A DNA stretch of 64,000 bases from Narcine bancroftii (taxonomy: Eukaryota): positions 348,688,001 through 348,752,000 of the forward strand of contig NC_091471.1 in NCBI RefSeq assembly GCF_036971445.1, written 5' to 3'. Under the pieces are notes generated by a model. The model was given only the letters and a program-made list of their open reading frames with translations, was not told the DNA's origin and did no database searches. The translations under genes were made by a program, and so were the position numbers. Below, piece after piece: positions 1 through 12,900 of this stretch (the first letter of the stretch is position 1; the number at the start of each line of letters is the position of its first letter).

Positions 1-1766
1 GAGAAAGCATCTTAGCTGATTAGAGGTAGAAATAGATGAGAGAGAGTGAGTACTAGAACCTGAGGGAACACTCTCCATTATCCTGGATGTACACTGAACC
101 CACAACATTCAATGAGGTTAATACCGTCTGAGAGAAAGCATCTTAGCTGATTAGAGGTAGAAATAGATGAGAGAGAGTGAGTACTAGAACCTGAGGGAAC
201 ACTCTCCATTATCCTGGATGTACACTGAACCCACACCATTCAATGAGGTTAATACCGTCTGAGAGAAAGCATCTTAGCTGATTAGAGGTAGAAATAGATG
301 AGAGAGAGTGAGTACTAGAACCTGAGGGAACACTCTCCATTATCCTGGATGTACACTGAACCCACACCATTCAATGAGGTTAATACCGTCTGAGAGAAAG
401 CATCTTAGCTGATTAGAGGTAGAAATAGATGAGAGAGAGTGAGTACTAGAACCTGAGGGAACACTCTCCATTATCCTGGATGTACACTGAACCCACACCA
501 TTCAATGAGGTTAATACCGTCTGAGAGAAAGCATCTTAGCTGATTAGAGGTAGAAATAGATGAGAGAGAGTGAGTACTAGAACCTGAGGGAACACTCTCC
601 ATTATCCTGGATGTACCCTGAACCCACACCATTCAATGAGGTTAATACCGTCTGAGAGAAAGCATCTTAGCTGATTAGAGGTAGAAATAGATGAGAGAGA
701 GTGAGTACTAGAACCTGAGGGAACACTCTCCATTATCCTGGATGTACACTGAACCCACACCATTCAATGAGGTTAATACCGTCTGAGAGAAAGCATCTTA
801 GCTGATTAGAGGTAGAAATAGATGAGAGAGAGTGAGTACTAGAACCTGAGGGAACACTCTCCATTATCCTGGATGTACACTGAACCCACACCATTCAATG
901 AGGTTAATACCGTCTGAGAGAAAGCATCTTAGCTGATTAGAGGTAGAAATAGATGAGAGAGAGTGAGTACTAGAACCTGAGGGAACACTCTCCATTATCC
1001 TGGATGTACACTGAACCCACACCATTCAATGAGGTTAATACCGTCTGAGAGAAAGCATCTTAGCTGATTAGAGGTAGAAATAGATGAGAGAGAGTGAGTA
1101 CTAGAACCTGAGGGAACACTCTCCATTATCCTGGATGTACACTGAACCCACACCATTCAATGAGGTTAATACCATCTGAGAGAAAGCATCTTAGCTGATT
1201 AGAGGTAGAAATAGATGAGAGAGAGTGAGTACTAGAACCTGAGGGAACACTCTCCATTATCCTGGATGTACACTGAACCCACACCATTCAATGAGGTTAA
1301 TACCGTCTGAGAGAAAGCATCTTAGCTGATTAGAGGTAGAAATAGATGAGAGAGAGTGAGTACTAGAACCTGAGGGAACACTCTCCATTATCCTGGATGT
1401 ACACTGAACCCACACCATTCAATGAGGTTAATACCGTCTGAGAGAAAGCATCTTAGCTGATTAGAGGTAGAAATAGATGAGAGAGAGTGAGTACTAGAAC
1501 CTGAGGGAACACTCTCCATTATCCTGGATGTACACTGAACCCACACCATTCAATGAGGTTAATACCGTCTGAGAGAAAGCATCTTAGCTGATTAGAGGTA
1601 GAAATAGATGAGAGAGAGTGAGTACTAGAACCTGAGGGAACACTCTCCATTATCCTGGATGTACACTGAACCCACACCATTCAATGAGGTTAATACCGTC
1701 TGAGAGAAAGCATCTTAGCTGATTAGAGGTAGAAATAGATGAGAGAGAGTGAGTACTAGAACCTGA
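1..1766. repeat. 131-bp tandem repeat (minisatellite/satellite), ~13.5 near-identical copies, running off the window start
   Basis: Unit GAGAAAGCATCTTAGCTGATTAG...GGTTAATACCGTCTGA recurs at 1, 132, 263 and so on, with only isolated substitutions. It ends abruptly at ...GAACCTGA (1766). Confidence 0.97.
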
Positions 1767-2329
1767 TCGGAAATATCACAATATATTTCTTGTAATGGCT
1801 AAAATATTCCTGTATATTAAATAATATAGAAATCTGAACAAGCCATATATCACTCTGAGATAAAATAACTCCCAAGTTAGTGAAGAAGAATCTAAAATTG
1901 ACCCAGTGAAATGCATACGCTAGCTTGCTGAACTATGTAAAGAGTCTATTGAAGACCTGGTCATCACCAGGTTCCCAAGGAAAACCACGTGTTGCTGTGA
2001 GGAATATGATTTATCTTTGGGTATTATATTAAAAATGCTTTGCATACATTTATCTTCTATCCTTATGTTTATGCTTGTCACAATTTGTAATCATGTTTTT
2101 TACATCACTGAATGCATGCAATTATTTCCCATCCAAAAAGTTATTAAGTACAAATAAACGGTTCAGTTTTGTTTATCTTCATGGATCTGCTGTTTAATAT
2201 CTTACCACCAGATGGAAGTTCAAATAAGAATTTAAGATTGTAACAACTATTTTATTTAAGAAGTTCAGGAATTTAAATTAAAAAACACACAAACTTTCTT
2301 CTGCGTTTATTTTCTTTACTTATGAGAAA

Positions 2330-4400
2330 TGCTTTGAAAGATAGGTATTGTTGACTTAACAAATAAATCAACACTGCTGGCCTGGCAGACAGTCTAAGGG
2401 AGAATCCAAAAATATATTTTAAGCAGATTAAGAATAAAAGGGTTTCAAGGACAGAATAAGAATGTAAGAATCAGGAGGGCCGTCTATTTGTAGAGCCTGG
2501 GGAAGTGAAGAAGATGTGAATATTTAGTGAATGTGTTACTATGGAGCAGGATAAGCAGGAGTGGGAGGGGAGGGAGGTAATTAATGATAGCCTTGGGTTG
2601 TGTCAGTAAAGAAGGATCTTGGATTATACCAAGCTGGATAAATCTCTGGTTCCAGACCAGATGTATCCCAGAATATTGTGGAAAGGCAAAAATGAAATTG
2701 TTGGGGGTTTGGCAGACAATTCTAACTCATTGTTGAAGACAGAAAAAGTTCCAGATGACTGGAGGATAGCAAATATTTCAAAAGGACTGTAAGGGTAATT
2801 GGGGTAACTACAGACATGTCAGTCTGTCGTCTGTGGTTGGTAAAATGCTGGAGAGGATTTCTGAGAGATAGAAGCTATCAACATTTGGATGACCAGGGAA
2901 TCATTAAAGAGAGCCAGGATAGATTTATACATGGGAAATAGTGTCTCATGAACTTGATAGACCTTTTTTGAAGAGGTGACAAAGAGGGTAGCAAGTACAG
3001 GGCAATTATTTATATGGATTTAGGAAAGTGTTGGATGAGGTCCCTGTAATGATATGGATTGTATATAGTCATTGGCTGATAAAGGCACGGGCTGGCCCGG
3101 CCCCTGATGACACTCTCCACTGGACTCCTTCCTTGTGGCCGAGGCTATAAAGGCTGAGCCACCTCTCCTTTCCCTAGCTTGGATCTGGGCCAGCTCAAGT
3201 CTTATGTACAATAAAATCTATTGTTCCCCCTCAGTCTCTGTCCTTGTGGTTATTGGGCAACTGGTAGTGCCCAACAGTCCATAGGTTGGTATGGAATAGA
3301 AAACAGGGATAAGAGGTCAACTAGCCAAAGAGATACATAATTGGCACAGAATTAGGAGTCAAAAGACATAGAAGCAGAACTAGGCTATTCAGCCCATTGA
3401 GTCTGCCCCACCATTTAATCATGAGCTGCTCCATTTTTCCACAGTCCCACTGCCAGGCCTTCTCCCCATAACCTTTGATACCCTGGCTAATCAATAACCT
3501 ATTAATCCCTGCATTAAATGCATCCAATGACTTGGCCTCCACAAACACCTATGGAAACAAATTCCACAGATTAATCACCCTTTAGCTGAAGAAATTCCTC
3601 GCATCTCTGTTCTAGACAGACACCCTTCAATCCTAAAGTTGTACCTCTTGTCCTAGACATTCCCATCTTGGGAAACAACCTTTATACATTTACTCTGTCA
3701 ATGGTTTTCAATATTTGAAATATTTCAATGAGATCCTTCCTCATTCTCCTAAATTCCAATTTTGATATTTAACAAAAAATTAGACTGGGACATAGATGGG
3801 AGAGGTATGGAGTGATATGGTCTGGGTGCAAGGTCAGTGGAACCAGGCAGAATTGTTTGGCACAGTCTAGATGGTCCAAAAGGGCCTTTTTTTTCTGTGG
3901 TGTAGTGTTCTATGGTTTTATAATAAAACTGGGTTGGCTGGAATACTGAATGCAATTCTGGTCACCCCATTACAAGACAGAGTGGGGGCTTTGGAAAGGT
4001 ATCAGAAGTTGTCTGATTTAGAGGGTATGAGTTAGCAGGAGAGGGTGGATCATTTTCTTTGGAGCATCGAGACTGAGGGGAGACCAGATAAGAGGTTTAT
4101 AAAATTATGGCAGGCTTTGATTGGGTGGAGAGTCAGAATCTTTTCCCAGGATGGAAATGTTAGAGGATGTGGTTATGGAGAGCTGTGTGGGAGTAGCTGA
4201 AGGGAAATGTTTTACCTCCCTGCCAGGGTGACAGGAGTGGTATTAGAAGCACATGCCACAGTAATGTTTAAGAAACTTCTCAGACACATGGATGCAAGGG
4301 GATAGAGGGATATCTATCTGGTGAAGGCAGCAGAGCTTTGGTGTGTTCATCATTTTGGGCACAGACCCTCGGGCCGTGAGGCCTGTCCCTGTGTAGACTA
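2330..4400 (+). mobile_element. Decayed CR1-clade LINE (ORF2 fragments and 3' UTR), interrupted by a solo LTR and by minus-strand CR1 3' pieces
   Basis: Degenerate CR1 ORF2 motifs: KSLVPDQMYP, DDWRIAN, GNYRHVSLSSVVGK, DF..FDEVP. Later PHY...LE..Q-type motifs and a CR1 3' tail (GGGCCG..AGGCCTGT..CTGTG). Many stops and frameshifts. Confidence 0.75.
3045..3276 (+). mobile_element. Solo LTR (Gypsy-like) inserted in CR1 RT
   Basis: TGTAAT...CCAACA ends, TATAAA and AATAAA inside, flanked by GTCCC / GTCCA. It splits the CR1 'FDKVPH'-like motif. Confidence 0.75.
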
Positions 4401-4704
4401 TTGACAATAAATGGTTCATCTTTACACACAGGAACCTCTGTGTTATGTTTACTGCAATATAGGGGAGGTAGAATCAGCAAAATGTATAGTATCTATCTGT
4501 CTACACCAATCCCACCTGTGTGCATTCATTCCAGATCCCTCAGGACCCTGACCAGATCTTGGCTTACTGATTCTTCTCCACCTCCAACATAACTCATTCC
4601 AGATAACAACCTTCAAGTGAACCAGTACGGACTTGAAGGGCCGACATGGCCTGTTTCCGTGCTGTATATGGTAACCGGACACTTCTGGGTATGTGGTGGT
4701 GTAG

Positions 4705-5146
4705 TGAGGATTGAGGAGGGTCACACGGCCTGTCTGGAACTTTGTGGGAGTGTGAATTGTGGAGGTCATGTAACCCCTCCATCTAGGACCTGGTAGGATT
4801 TGTGTGGATTGAGGAGGGTCACATGGCCTCTCCATCTGGAACCTGGTAGGAGTGTGGATTGAGGAGGGTCACATGGCCTCTCCATCTGGAACCTGGTAGG
4901 AGTGTGGATTGAGGAGGGTCACGTGGCCTCTCCATCTGGAACCTGGTAGGAGTGAGGATTGAGGAGGGTCACGTGGCCTCTCTGTCTGGAACATGGTAGG
5001 TGATATTTGAGGAGGGTCACGTGGCCTCTCCATCTGGAACCTGGTCAGAGTGTGGATTGAGAAGCGTCACATGGCCTCTCCCACTGGAACCTGGTAGGAG
5101 TATGGATTGAGGAGGGTCATGTGGCCTCTACGTCTGGAGCCTGGTC
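4705..5146. repeat. 50-bp tandem repeat, ~9 diverged copies
   Basis: GTGGATTGAGGAGGGTCACATGGCCTCTCCATCTGGAACCTGGTAGGAGT; GAGGAGGGTC recurs at 4811, 4861 and 4911. Confidence 0.92.
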
Positions 5147-5439
5147 AGAAGACCCATCACCTGCTTACAGAGGGTTAGAGATGCCCACAGGTGAGGCTGA
5201 CACATGATCGGTCCTCACAGGTCACATGGATGAGTTCTGCATTGAAAAAGCCGAGCACATGCTCCCTCTCTCTTTGTTTGCTGCTGCCTTCAAACAATCC
5301 CTGAAGGGCAGACTGCAGGTAGCTCTTCCTGTCAGTGGCTTTTACCCCCCCCCCCCCTCTCTTTCTTAGGGATCCATCTTGACTGCAGCTAACATTTTGG
5401 CATACTTCACTTCCTCTTTGGTTCCAGGAAATGCTTCCT

Positions 5440-5740
5440 CTCCCCCCCCCCCCCTCCCGACAGAAACACCCTTAAAGCTGCCAGGTATAATAATGCAGAA
5501 CCAACATCCTTTTAACTTGCTTCTTAGCTGTGTCGAATTCCCTTCTCCTTCTTACCAGCTCCACTCTTACATCCAGGAAGAACAAGATTTTCTTCCCTTT
5601 TATTTTGAGGGCATCACCCCGTTGTCTTGCACACTATGGTCATTATTTCCCTTAATGCACCCCTTTGTTGCTTCCACCAGCAACGTTCACCATGATATTC
5701 ACACCTACCACTGTAGCACATATTTTCACAATCATTAAGG
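5440..5740 (-). mobile_element. L1-clade ORF1 C-terminal fragment
   Basis: Minus strand reads LKIKGKKILFFLDVRVELVRRRREFDTAKKQV, matching the L1 ORF1 'FFPDLS.EL..RR.EF..VKK.L' pattern. Confidence 0.65.
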
Positions 5741-6039
5741 TCTGCTACAAAAAGCTGGGGTTCAAGTTCTGAACTCTGAGCACTTCACTAGTCACGATTT
5801 TCTAGTTGAATAAAAATGCCCTCTGACTTCTCCTTTATAGATGTAACAAGCAGGCTAGATAAAGGAGATGCAGTGGATGGTGTGCATTTAGATAGTCAAA
5901 AGGCCTTTGACAAGGTGCCTTTCATGAGACTATTTAACATGATAAGAACCTATGGTATAACAGGAAACAAACTGGCGTGAACATAATGTGCTGACCTATA
6001 TATTCCTTTTAAAAAAAACTAAACCCTCTCTAACCTGTA

Positions 6040-6335
6040 ACCCTCTATTTTCCCTCCATCCATGTGCCTATCTATGAGTCTCTTAAATGTCCCTAATGTT
6101 TCATCTCCACCACCATCCCTGGCAAGGCTTTCCAGGCACCCACAACTCTATGCACAAAAAACGTACCTCTGATGTCTCCCCTAAACTTCCCTCTCTTCAC
6201 TTTGTACTTGTGTCCTCTGGTGTTTGCTACTCCTGCTCTAGGAAACAGGTATTGGCTGTCCACCCTATCTATCCTTCTCATAATCTTGTAGACCTCTATT
6301 AAGTCTCCTCGCATCTTTCTACACTCCAGCTCTGC
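6040..6335 (-). mobile_element. CR1 LINE 3' end
   Basis: ORF 6093..6314 MRGDLIEVYKIMRRIDRVD...TRGHKYK...FFVHRVVGAWKALP is the CR1 ORF2 C-terminus. Confidence 0.9.
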
Positions 6336-6384
6336 TAACTTTATGTGGGTACGGGGCGGAATGAGGATGGAGAGGCACTGGGGT

Positions 6385-9252
6385 AATGGATAAACTAATT
6401 AAATTTATTTTTTTAATGCCAATGTGATGAATGGAAAAAGAAAAAGAGTCTTGGCACACCTCAAGAAGCTCCAGGCTGATGTAATGTTCCTGCAAGAAAC
6501 CCACCTTACAAGTCAGGAGCATTCCAAATTGAAGAAGGGTGGGTGGACCAGGTGGCAGCATCCTCCTGTTCCAGAGCCAGGGGAGTGGCAATCCTGATAA
6601 GCAGGAATGTTCCAGTGTTAGTCTGGGGGGTGGTCGCTAACCCAGCATGGAGGTTCGTGATGATGTACTGTCAAATATACTCAGAGTCCTGGATGCCCCA
6701 ATTTTGACAATGAAAGATTTATACAAGAGGTTTTCTTGAAGGTAGCTGAGGGAATGGAAATATACTGATTGAAAGGGATTTCAATTTTTGTCTGGATCCG
6801 GCCACGGACAAACCAGCCAGGAAGGTGATGAGGACTAGGGCGTCAAAGTCCACACTGGTGTTCATGAAGGAACTGAACCTCATAGATGCTTTGAGAAGGC
6901 TGAATCTGAGGGAAAGGGATTTATTCCTTCCACTCCAGGTAACACTACTCCTACACTAGAATTGATTTTTATTGGTGTCAGCCCAGTTGGAAGGTAGGAT
7001 AGTGGAGTCTGAATACAAGGCTCGGCTGTTGTCAGATCATTCCCTCCTAACCTTGTCCATCATAGTGCCAGATAAGCAAGCTACGGCATAAAGATTGCAC
7101 CTAAATCCTGAATTCTGTAGTTTTGTTAGAACTCAGATAGAACCGTTCTGCGAGATGAACTGCCCCTCTACTGACAATATTTTTTTTAAATTTGGGGCTT
7201 ATTTAAGGGGCCAGATAATTGGATACACTACAGGAACCTCAAAATTGCTCACCTCGAAAAAGATTACCATAAATTGGGGTCAGAAGATAAATACGGGATT
7301 TAGTCAATAAAACTGCCAGATTTTAAGAAATATTATTGGGCGTCCCAGGTGAGGTTTATCACCTCACTTTTTAAGGGAGGGGGGTCTCCTTCCTGGGCAC
7401 AAATTTGTCTACACACAATAGAGGAAAAAAAGCAGGAGAATTTATATACAAATGGGACACTAATTAATATCCAAAAAGACGGATAACCCCATACTAAAAC
7501 ATGTATGCCAGACATAGCATAAAATATATCAATGTATTGGATTGAAGACGGGGTGGTCTCCCAATACGCCTTTGACCCAGAACAATTTAATACCCATGAC
7601 TCTGGGCAATAAGATCCTGGACACCTGGAGCCAGAAAGGAATTAGGTGTATGATTAGATTGTTATGATCAGGGGCAGTTCATTTCATTCGAACAGGTGAG
7701 GATCAAATTTGGATTGTCTAACCAAACATTCTTCTGCGATCTGCAATTAAGATCTTTCTTAAGTGTGATACCATGGAGATTCTAATTTGACTGGGTAATG
7801 TGTTTAAGTTCATTTTTAGGATATATTTCTTACTCCAAAGTGAGGGACCGAAGCCAGGGTTACACTGGTTGAGGGAAAGATGGGAGTTGGACTTGTGCAC
7901 AACAATTGATGAACAATGGTGGGAAGATCAGTGTGTGAATAGCATGATGGGAATTGTCAATGCCAGATACATGCTAGGCAAGTATAATTTCCTGCATCAG
8001 TTATACCTCACACCGCAAAAATTATATAAATCAAAGCCAGAAATTTCAGAAATGTGCTTTAATGTGGTGTTGAGGTTGGAACTTTCGTGCAAACAGAGGA
8101 ACTATTGACATGGTCTTTGCCCTCAGACAGCACCAAGAAAAGTGCAGAGAACAAAACAAAGGACTCTACCAAAGAAGAGGCACAAGGACTGCTTAAATAA
8201 ATCTCTTGGTGCCTGCCACATTGACCACCGCCAGTGGGCTGATATCGCCTCCAATCGTGCATCTTGGCGCCTCATAGTTCGGCGGGCAGCAACTTCCTTT
8301 GAAGAAGACCGCAGAGCCCACCTCACTGACAAAAGACAAAGGAGGAAAAACCCAATACCCAACCCCAACCAACCAATTTTCCCTTGCAATCGCTGCAACC
8401 GTGCCTGCCTGTCCTGCATCGGACTTGTCAGTCACCAACGAGCCTGCAGCAGATGTGGACATACCCCTCCATAAATCTTCGTCCGTGAAGCCAAGCCAAA
8501 GAGAAGAGAGGTTGGAACCTTTTTCAACTCCACCTGGCTATGTCTAAAGGTGAGATCCTTCTAGGGGGACCTGGGGGATATTCTGAAAAAAATTACAAAA
8601 GTGGATTTTCCACAGGATCTGAAATTGTACCTTCTGGGAGATGCTGGGGAAATACAGTCCAAACACCAAATTCAGTTTGTGAAGGACGTCTTTTCAGTAG
8701 CCAGGAAGTGTATAGCAGTTGTGTGGAAGTCCAACTCTCAGCTTAGTATTGTACAATGGAGTGAGGAAATGCAGGGTTGCATTCCCCTGGAAAAGATTAC
8801 ATAAAACTTAAGGACGAAGTATTGTACATTTGTTGAAGTGTGGCAGCTGTATCTGAAGCACACAGGTGTGCAAATATGAGCTATGTTCAACCCAACCCCC
8901 CACTCCCCTTTTCGAGCCTTGAGCTTTGAGTAATGAGGGGGGAAAAAACCATCCCACTAGGTATATAAAGGAGAGAGTGAATTGGAGGACATGGCCTAGA
9001 CAACATATGTTATAGTTTTAGTTTTTATTCTTATTTTCATTGTTCATCCCCTACCTTTTTATTGTTTTTTTAATACTTGGGATCTGGTAGCATGTTGCTT
9101 TTCTTATGTGATTGTGTATCTTTGAGTTTTGGGAGGGGAGGGAATAAGGGAAGGGAGAGAGGAAAATGCTGGACTCTGTGAATTATATTGGGTGGAAGGA
9201 AAATATACTATATTGTTTGCATGAGTCTTGAAAATAAAATAATTTTTAAAAA
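6385..9252 (+). mobile_element. L1-clade LINE ORF2 with endonuclease and C-terminal region but no RT core; 3' UTR and A-rich tail
   Basis: APE motifs KRVLAHLKKLQADVMFLQETHL, RIDF and SDHS. GQIIGYT (~7210) is followed almost at once by the post-RT LPDFKKYYWASQ (~7310). Then YNFLHQLYLTP, a Cys motif, ARKCIAVVWKS, and the tail AAAATAAAATAATTTTTAAAAA. Confidence 0.8.
8083..8507 (+). mobile_element. RTE-clade LINE copy, 5'-truncated and internally deleted, inserted in the L1
   Basis: 11-bp TSD GAGGTTGGAAC (8072..8082 / 8508..8518). Starts with the RT segment FRANRGTIDMVFALRQ.QEKCREQNKGLY, jumps to PKKR.KDCL..., and ends GCCAAGCCAAAGAGAAGA. Confidence 0.9.
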
Positions 9253-9254
9253 TG

Positions 9255-9850
9255 GCCATAGTGGTGTGGGCTGAAAAAGCAGAGATCATAGTATGGAGAG
9301 GTGAGGGAGCACAGACCACAATAGAGTGAGGGAGCACAGACCACAATAGAGAGGAGAGGGGGAACAGAGACCACAGTGGGGTGGGGTGGGGGACAGACAC
9401 CACAATGGGGTGGGGTCAGAGAGCAGAGACCAAAGTGGGGAGGAGTGGCAGAAGAGACCATAATGGGAAGGGTGGGAAAGCAGAGACCACAGTGGGGAGG
9501 GGTGAGAGAGCAGAGACCACATTAGGGAAGATTGGGGGAGCAATAACCAGTGGGGGTGTAGGGTAACAGACACCACAGTGGGGAGGGGAAGCAGAGGCCA
9601 CAGAAGAGAGGGGTGAGAGAGCAGAGGTCACAAAGGTGTGGGGGAGCATAGTGAAGAGGGTGGTGGCTGAGACCACTGTGGTTGATGGGATAGAGGCTAC
9701 AGTGGGGAGAAGTAAATGGGATAGAGGCTACAGTAGTGAGGGATGGTGGGGGAGGGAGGCAGAGACCACAGAGTAATGAGGAAATAAAAGCAACAGTTGG
9801 GTGGTGTGGGGGAAATAGAGGCCACTGTGGGGAATGGTGGTGGAATACAT
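9255..9850. repeat. Degenerate G/purine-rich tandem repeat (~25-30 bp units)
   Basis: Recurrent GCAGAGACCACAGTGGGGAGGGG(TGAGA) variants. Confidence 0.85.
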
Positions 9851-11399
9851 GCCTCAGTGAGGCAGAAGGTGCTGTTGTCAGGAGCAGATTTAGGAGTGGA
9901 GGACCAAAGAATCCACTTCTAAAATTCCACATTTTATTTAATTACTTGAATTAAGTTCTCCAACTTGAAACTTCTACCCCAAAATCAACATTCCAGACCT
10001 CTGGAATAGTGACACAGAATAGAAACAAGCCATTTTACCCACCACTTCCATGCTGATAAGCGAATACCCATCCATAATAATCCTGAGGCACTTGGCTTTC
10101 TATGCTTCGTGCTTTTCTAGATATTTCCATTACTCTTCAGGCAGTGTATTCCAGGTTTTCAAACTCTTGGAGAATTAAGTCCCCACAGATTTCCTTGTAT
10201 CCCCTGAAATTTCATAGAAATCTATTAGATCAGAAATGTAATCACTCCACTATTATACCCTTATTATTAATTATTGTGAATTTTTGGACTAAAGCATACC
10301 AGAACATTCATGCTCAATTATTAAACATTTATTATTGAAATCAATCAAATTTTGGACTTTAATAGAAATCAAGGAATCAAGCTATAAAGTGAATTTATGT
10401 AGATTAACAGCTTTCTTTCTGAATGGAGTAATCTTCTTAAGGGACTACTATTTCTTATGTATTTTAGGAAAAAAATAAGCTTTACTGTTATACAATCAGT
10501 AGTAAGCAGCAATAATACAATAATGTTAAATATTTGTAGCACAACTGGCTTTACTGTTTTCCTACAAGAAAGCAATTCCATCTTCCATGTCAATGAACAA
10601 TTCTCAATTAGAAAACAGGTGGATTAATGTTGAAATAACCTCAAGTTGTGAAGCAAGCACACTACAAGGAGTAGCAATTTAAAGAACGTTAAGGAATGCA
10701 AAGAAAATATTACAAAACTAGGAATTGTATCAGTTCTTTACTAAATCACTTTCTTGAACCTTCAATTTATTTCTAGCTATTAAACTCGCTGATGTACTTT
10801 ACAAGATAGTAGTTCAAGTCATGTAACTGAATAATGAATTACATTGTCACTCAATTATTTCTTAACAGACATAGATGCGCGGCCTGGTGTTTCCAATGAT
10901 CCTTGGATAAATTCAAGAGACTAAATATTTTCTGTTCAACCCTACACCTTTTCCTCACAGTTAAGAGGAAACAGAACACAGCCTCAGTCAAATCCTGTGT
11001 AGTGGGACAGGATACCCCAGTGGGAGGTGGTGCTTTTCTCTAATTATCACAGATTGGTTTGAGAATCTTGTGTCATTTCCCAGCTCTCTTCCCCATGAGA
11101 GTCATTAACACGCAGTTGAAGTCCTGAATGTGAAGACATCTGGAGGACAGAATTGATTTATAGGTTGTTCAGGAACCAAGTGAGCTTTTCCAATCAGACC
11201 TGAACTAAACAGTTAAGTCATGTGCAGACTTAGCTATTTTTAAAAAAATGTAATAATCTTCTCAGATCTGGGAAGACCAGCTTTTAATACTTATTTCTAA
11301 CTGTCAATGAGAATATAATGGTGATCCATCTTCCAAAGAGTTACAGGATTCAGTTCCAGTGATGAAAGACAGCTGATATTTTTCCAAATCTGGATTATG

Positions 11400-12900
11400 T
11401 GCAACCACAGGCCATCATGCCAACCAACCTCCATGCCATCAACTCCACCTGCACTTCTGACTGCCTTGGGAAAACAGCCAACATATTAAGAATTAATACA
11501 CAAAAGTGCTGGAGAAACTCAGCAGGTCCCACAGCATCCATGGGAGCCAAAGATATATAAACAATGTTTCGTGCCTGAGCCTTTTATCAACATAATAAGA
11601 GACCATCCAACCCTGGTCATACTCTCTCCTCTCCCTTCATGTTGGCCTGAAGATGCACAAGTTTCTTTCATGCTGTTATCAGACTTGAAGAAACCTCTCA
11701 TAGTAAAAGATAATCTCACAAACCCTTTCTCATCTTGGCCTTAGTACTATTTTAACTGTATTTTTCTCTGTAACAATATACTCTGCATTTTTTTTTCCCC
11801 TACATTTTGCACTCCAGCATGGTTTAATTTTCCACAGTATCTTATTTCACGTGATAATATCAATTCAATCCAATATTCCAAATATCACCAAGCCAAATTT
11901 TATATAGTTGTAATAAGATTTCCTTACTTTTACTCTCACCACCCTAACTGCTGAATGCTGCAAGCCTTCCTTGCCACTCTATCTGTGTTGTCACTTTCAG
12001 GGATATAATAGACTTGCACCCAAAGATCATCAATGCTCCGAAGGATCCTGCCATTTACTCCATATGTTCTGCTTATACTTGACTGGAGTCTCTGTTCCCT
12101 CTATTGACAACACTACTGGGAGTGTTACCTAAATAGAGCTCAAAGAATTATTGAGGATCCTTTCCATCCAACACACAATATCTTTGACCTATTACCATCA
12201 AGGAGGTTCAGGACTATCAAAATCAGGATTGTCAGGCTGGGAAATAGCTTCTTCCTGCAGGCAATATCCTGCAACTGAGTAAATAATTTCAAAGTATTTA
12301 TATAAACTTATTTTAAATTGTATCTTTATGTATATCATGCATTCATGTGTGTGCGATCATGTCTCTCCATCCATCATGATCCCTGATCCTCTGAATTGTA
12401 GTTGTTGCCTCCCCTGTTCTCCTTCAGTGAAGGCTCCATCTTTGAGCTGAGACCACAGTCGATGTTAAGTTCATGGTTATACAAGGGAAAAATATTGAAG
12501 TGGTTTCCCATTGCTTTCTTCAGTTGCAGTGTCTATACTGGACGGGTAACACTGGCCATTGATCAACAGATTCATCTGCCCAGCATTTTTAGTTTTACAA
12601 CCATAAATTCCAATCTGTAGAATCTGCTTATAAAAGCCATCCATCTACAATCCATGACTTCACATGACCCTGATCAGGAGGCTAAACAGATACTACACCT
12701 TACCCAAGGGTGAACTGTAGGCTATCGGACGGAAGGAGCACTTTATACCTCCTTTTGCTGAGCAATTGCACAGCACCAACACTGTATATATGTGATTATT
12801 ATGTGCTGCATATTGTATGTGCATCTGTGTGTACCATGGTCCAGAGAAGCACTATTTTGTCTAATTGTCTAGTCAGATGATAACAAACCTGAATTTAACT
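11400..12900 (+). mobile_element. Cluster of decayed Rex1/Babar-like 3' ends with nested Penelope-like, CR1 and other short fragments
   Basis: Rex1-type C-terminal traces (I..DP.HP.H..F..LPS.RR..., R...SFF..A) at ~11600-11700 and ~12140-12270. Minus-strand Penelope end at ~11495-11600. Confidence 0.5.

Noticed and set aside
1-1766. CRISPR-like array
   Set aside because: The units are fully repeated with no unique spacers, and the context is eukaryotic with no cas genes. The same applies to the 50-, 52- and 32-bp arrays.
1767-2157. Possible coding frame after the satellite (NSQVSEEESKIDPVKC...LAELCKESIEDLVITRFP)
   Set aside because: At least three in-frame stops, AT-rich, and no recognisable family or clear splice sites.
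9104-9954. Several overlapping Pro/Leu/Gly-rich ORFs
   Set aside because: These are translations of a low-complexity tandem repeat that lacks stop codons.
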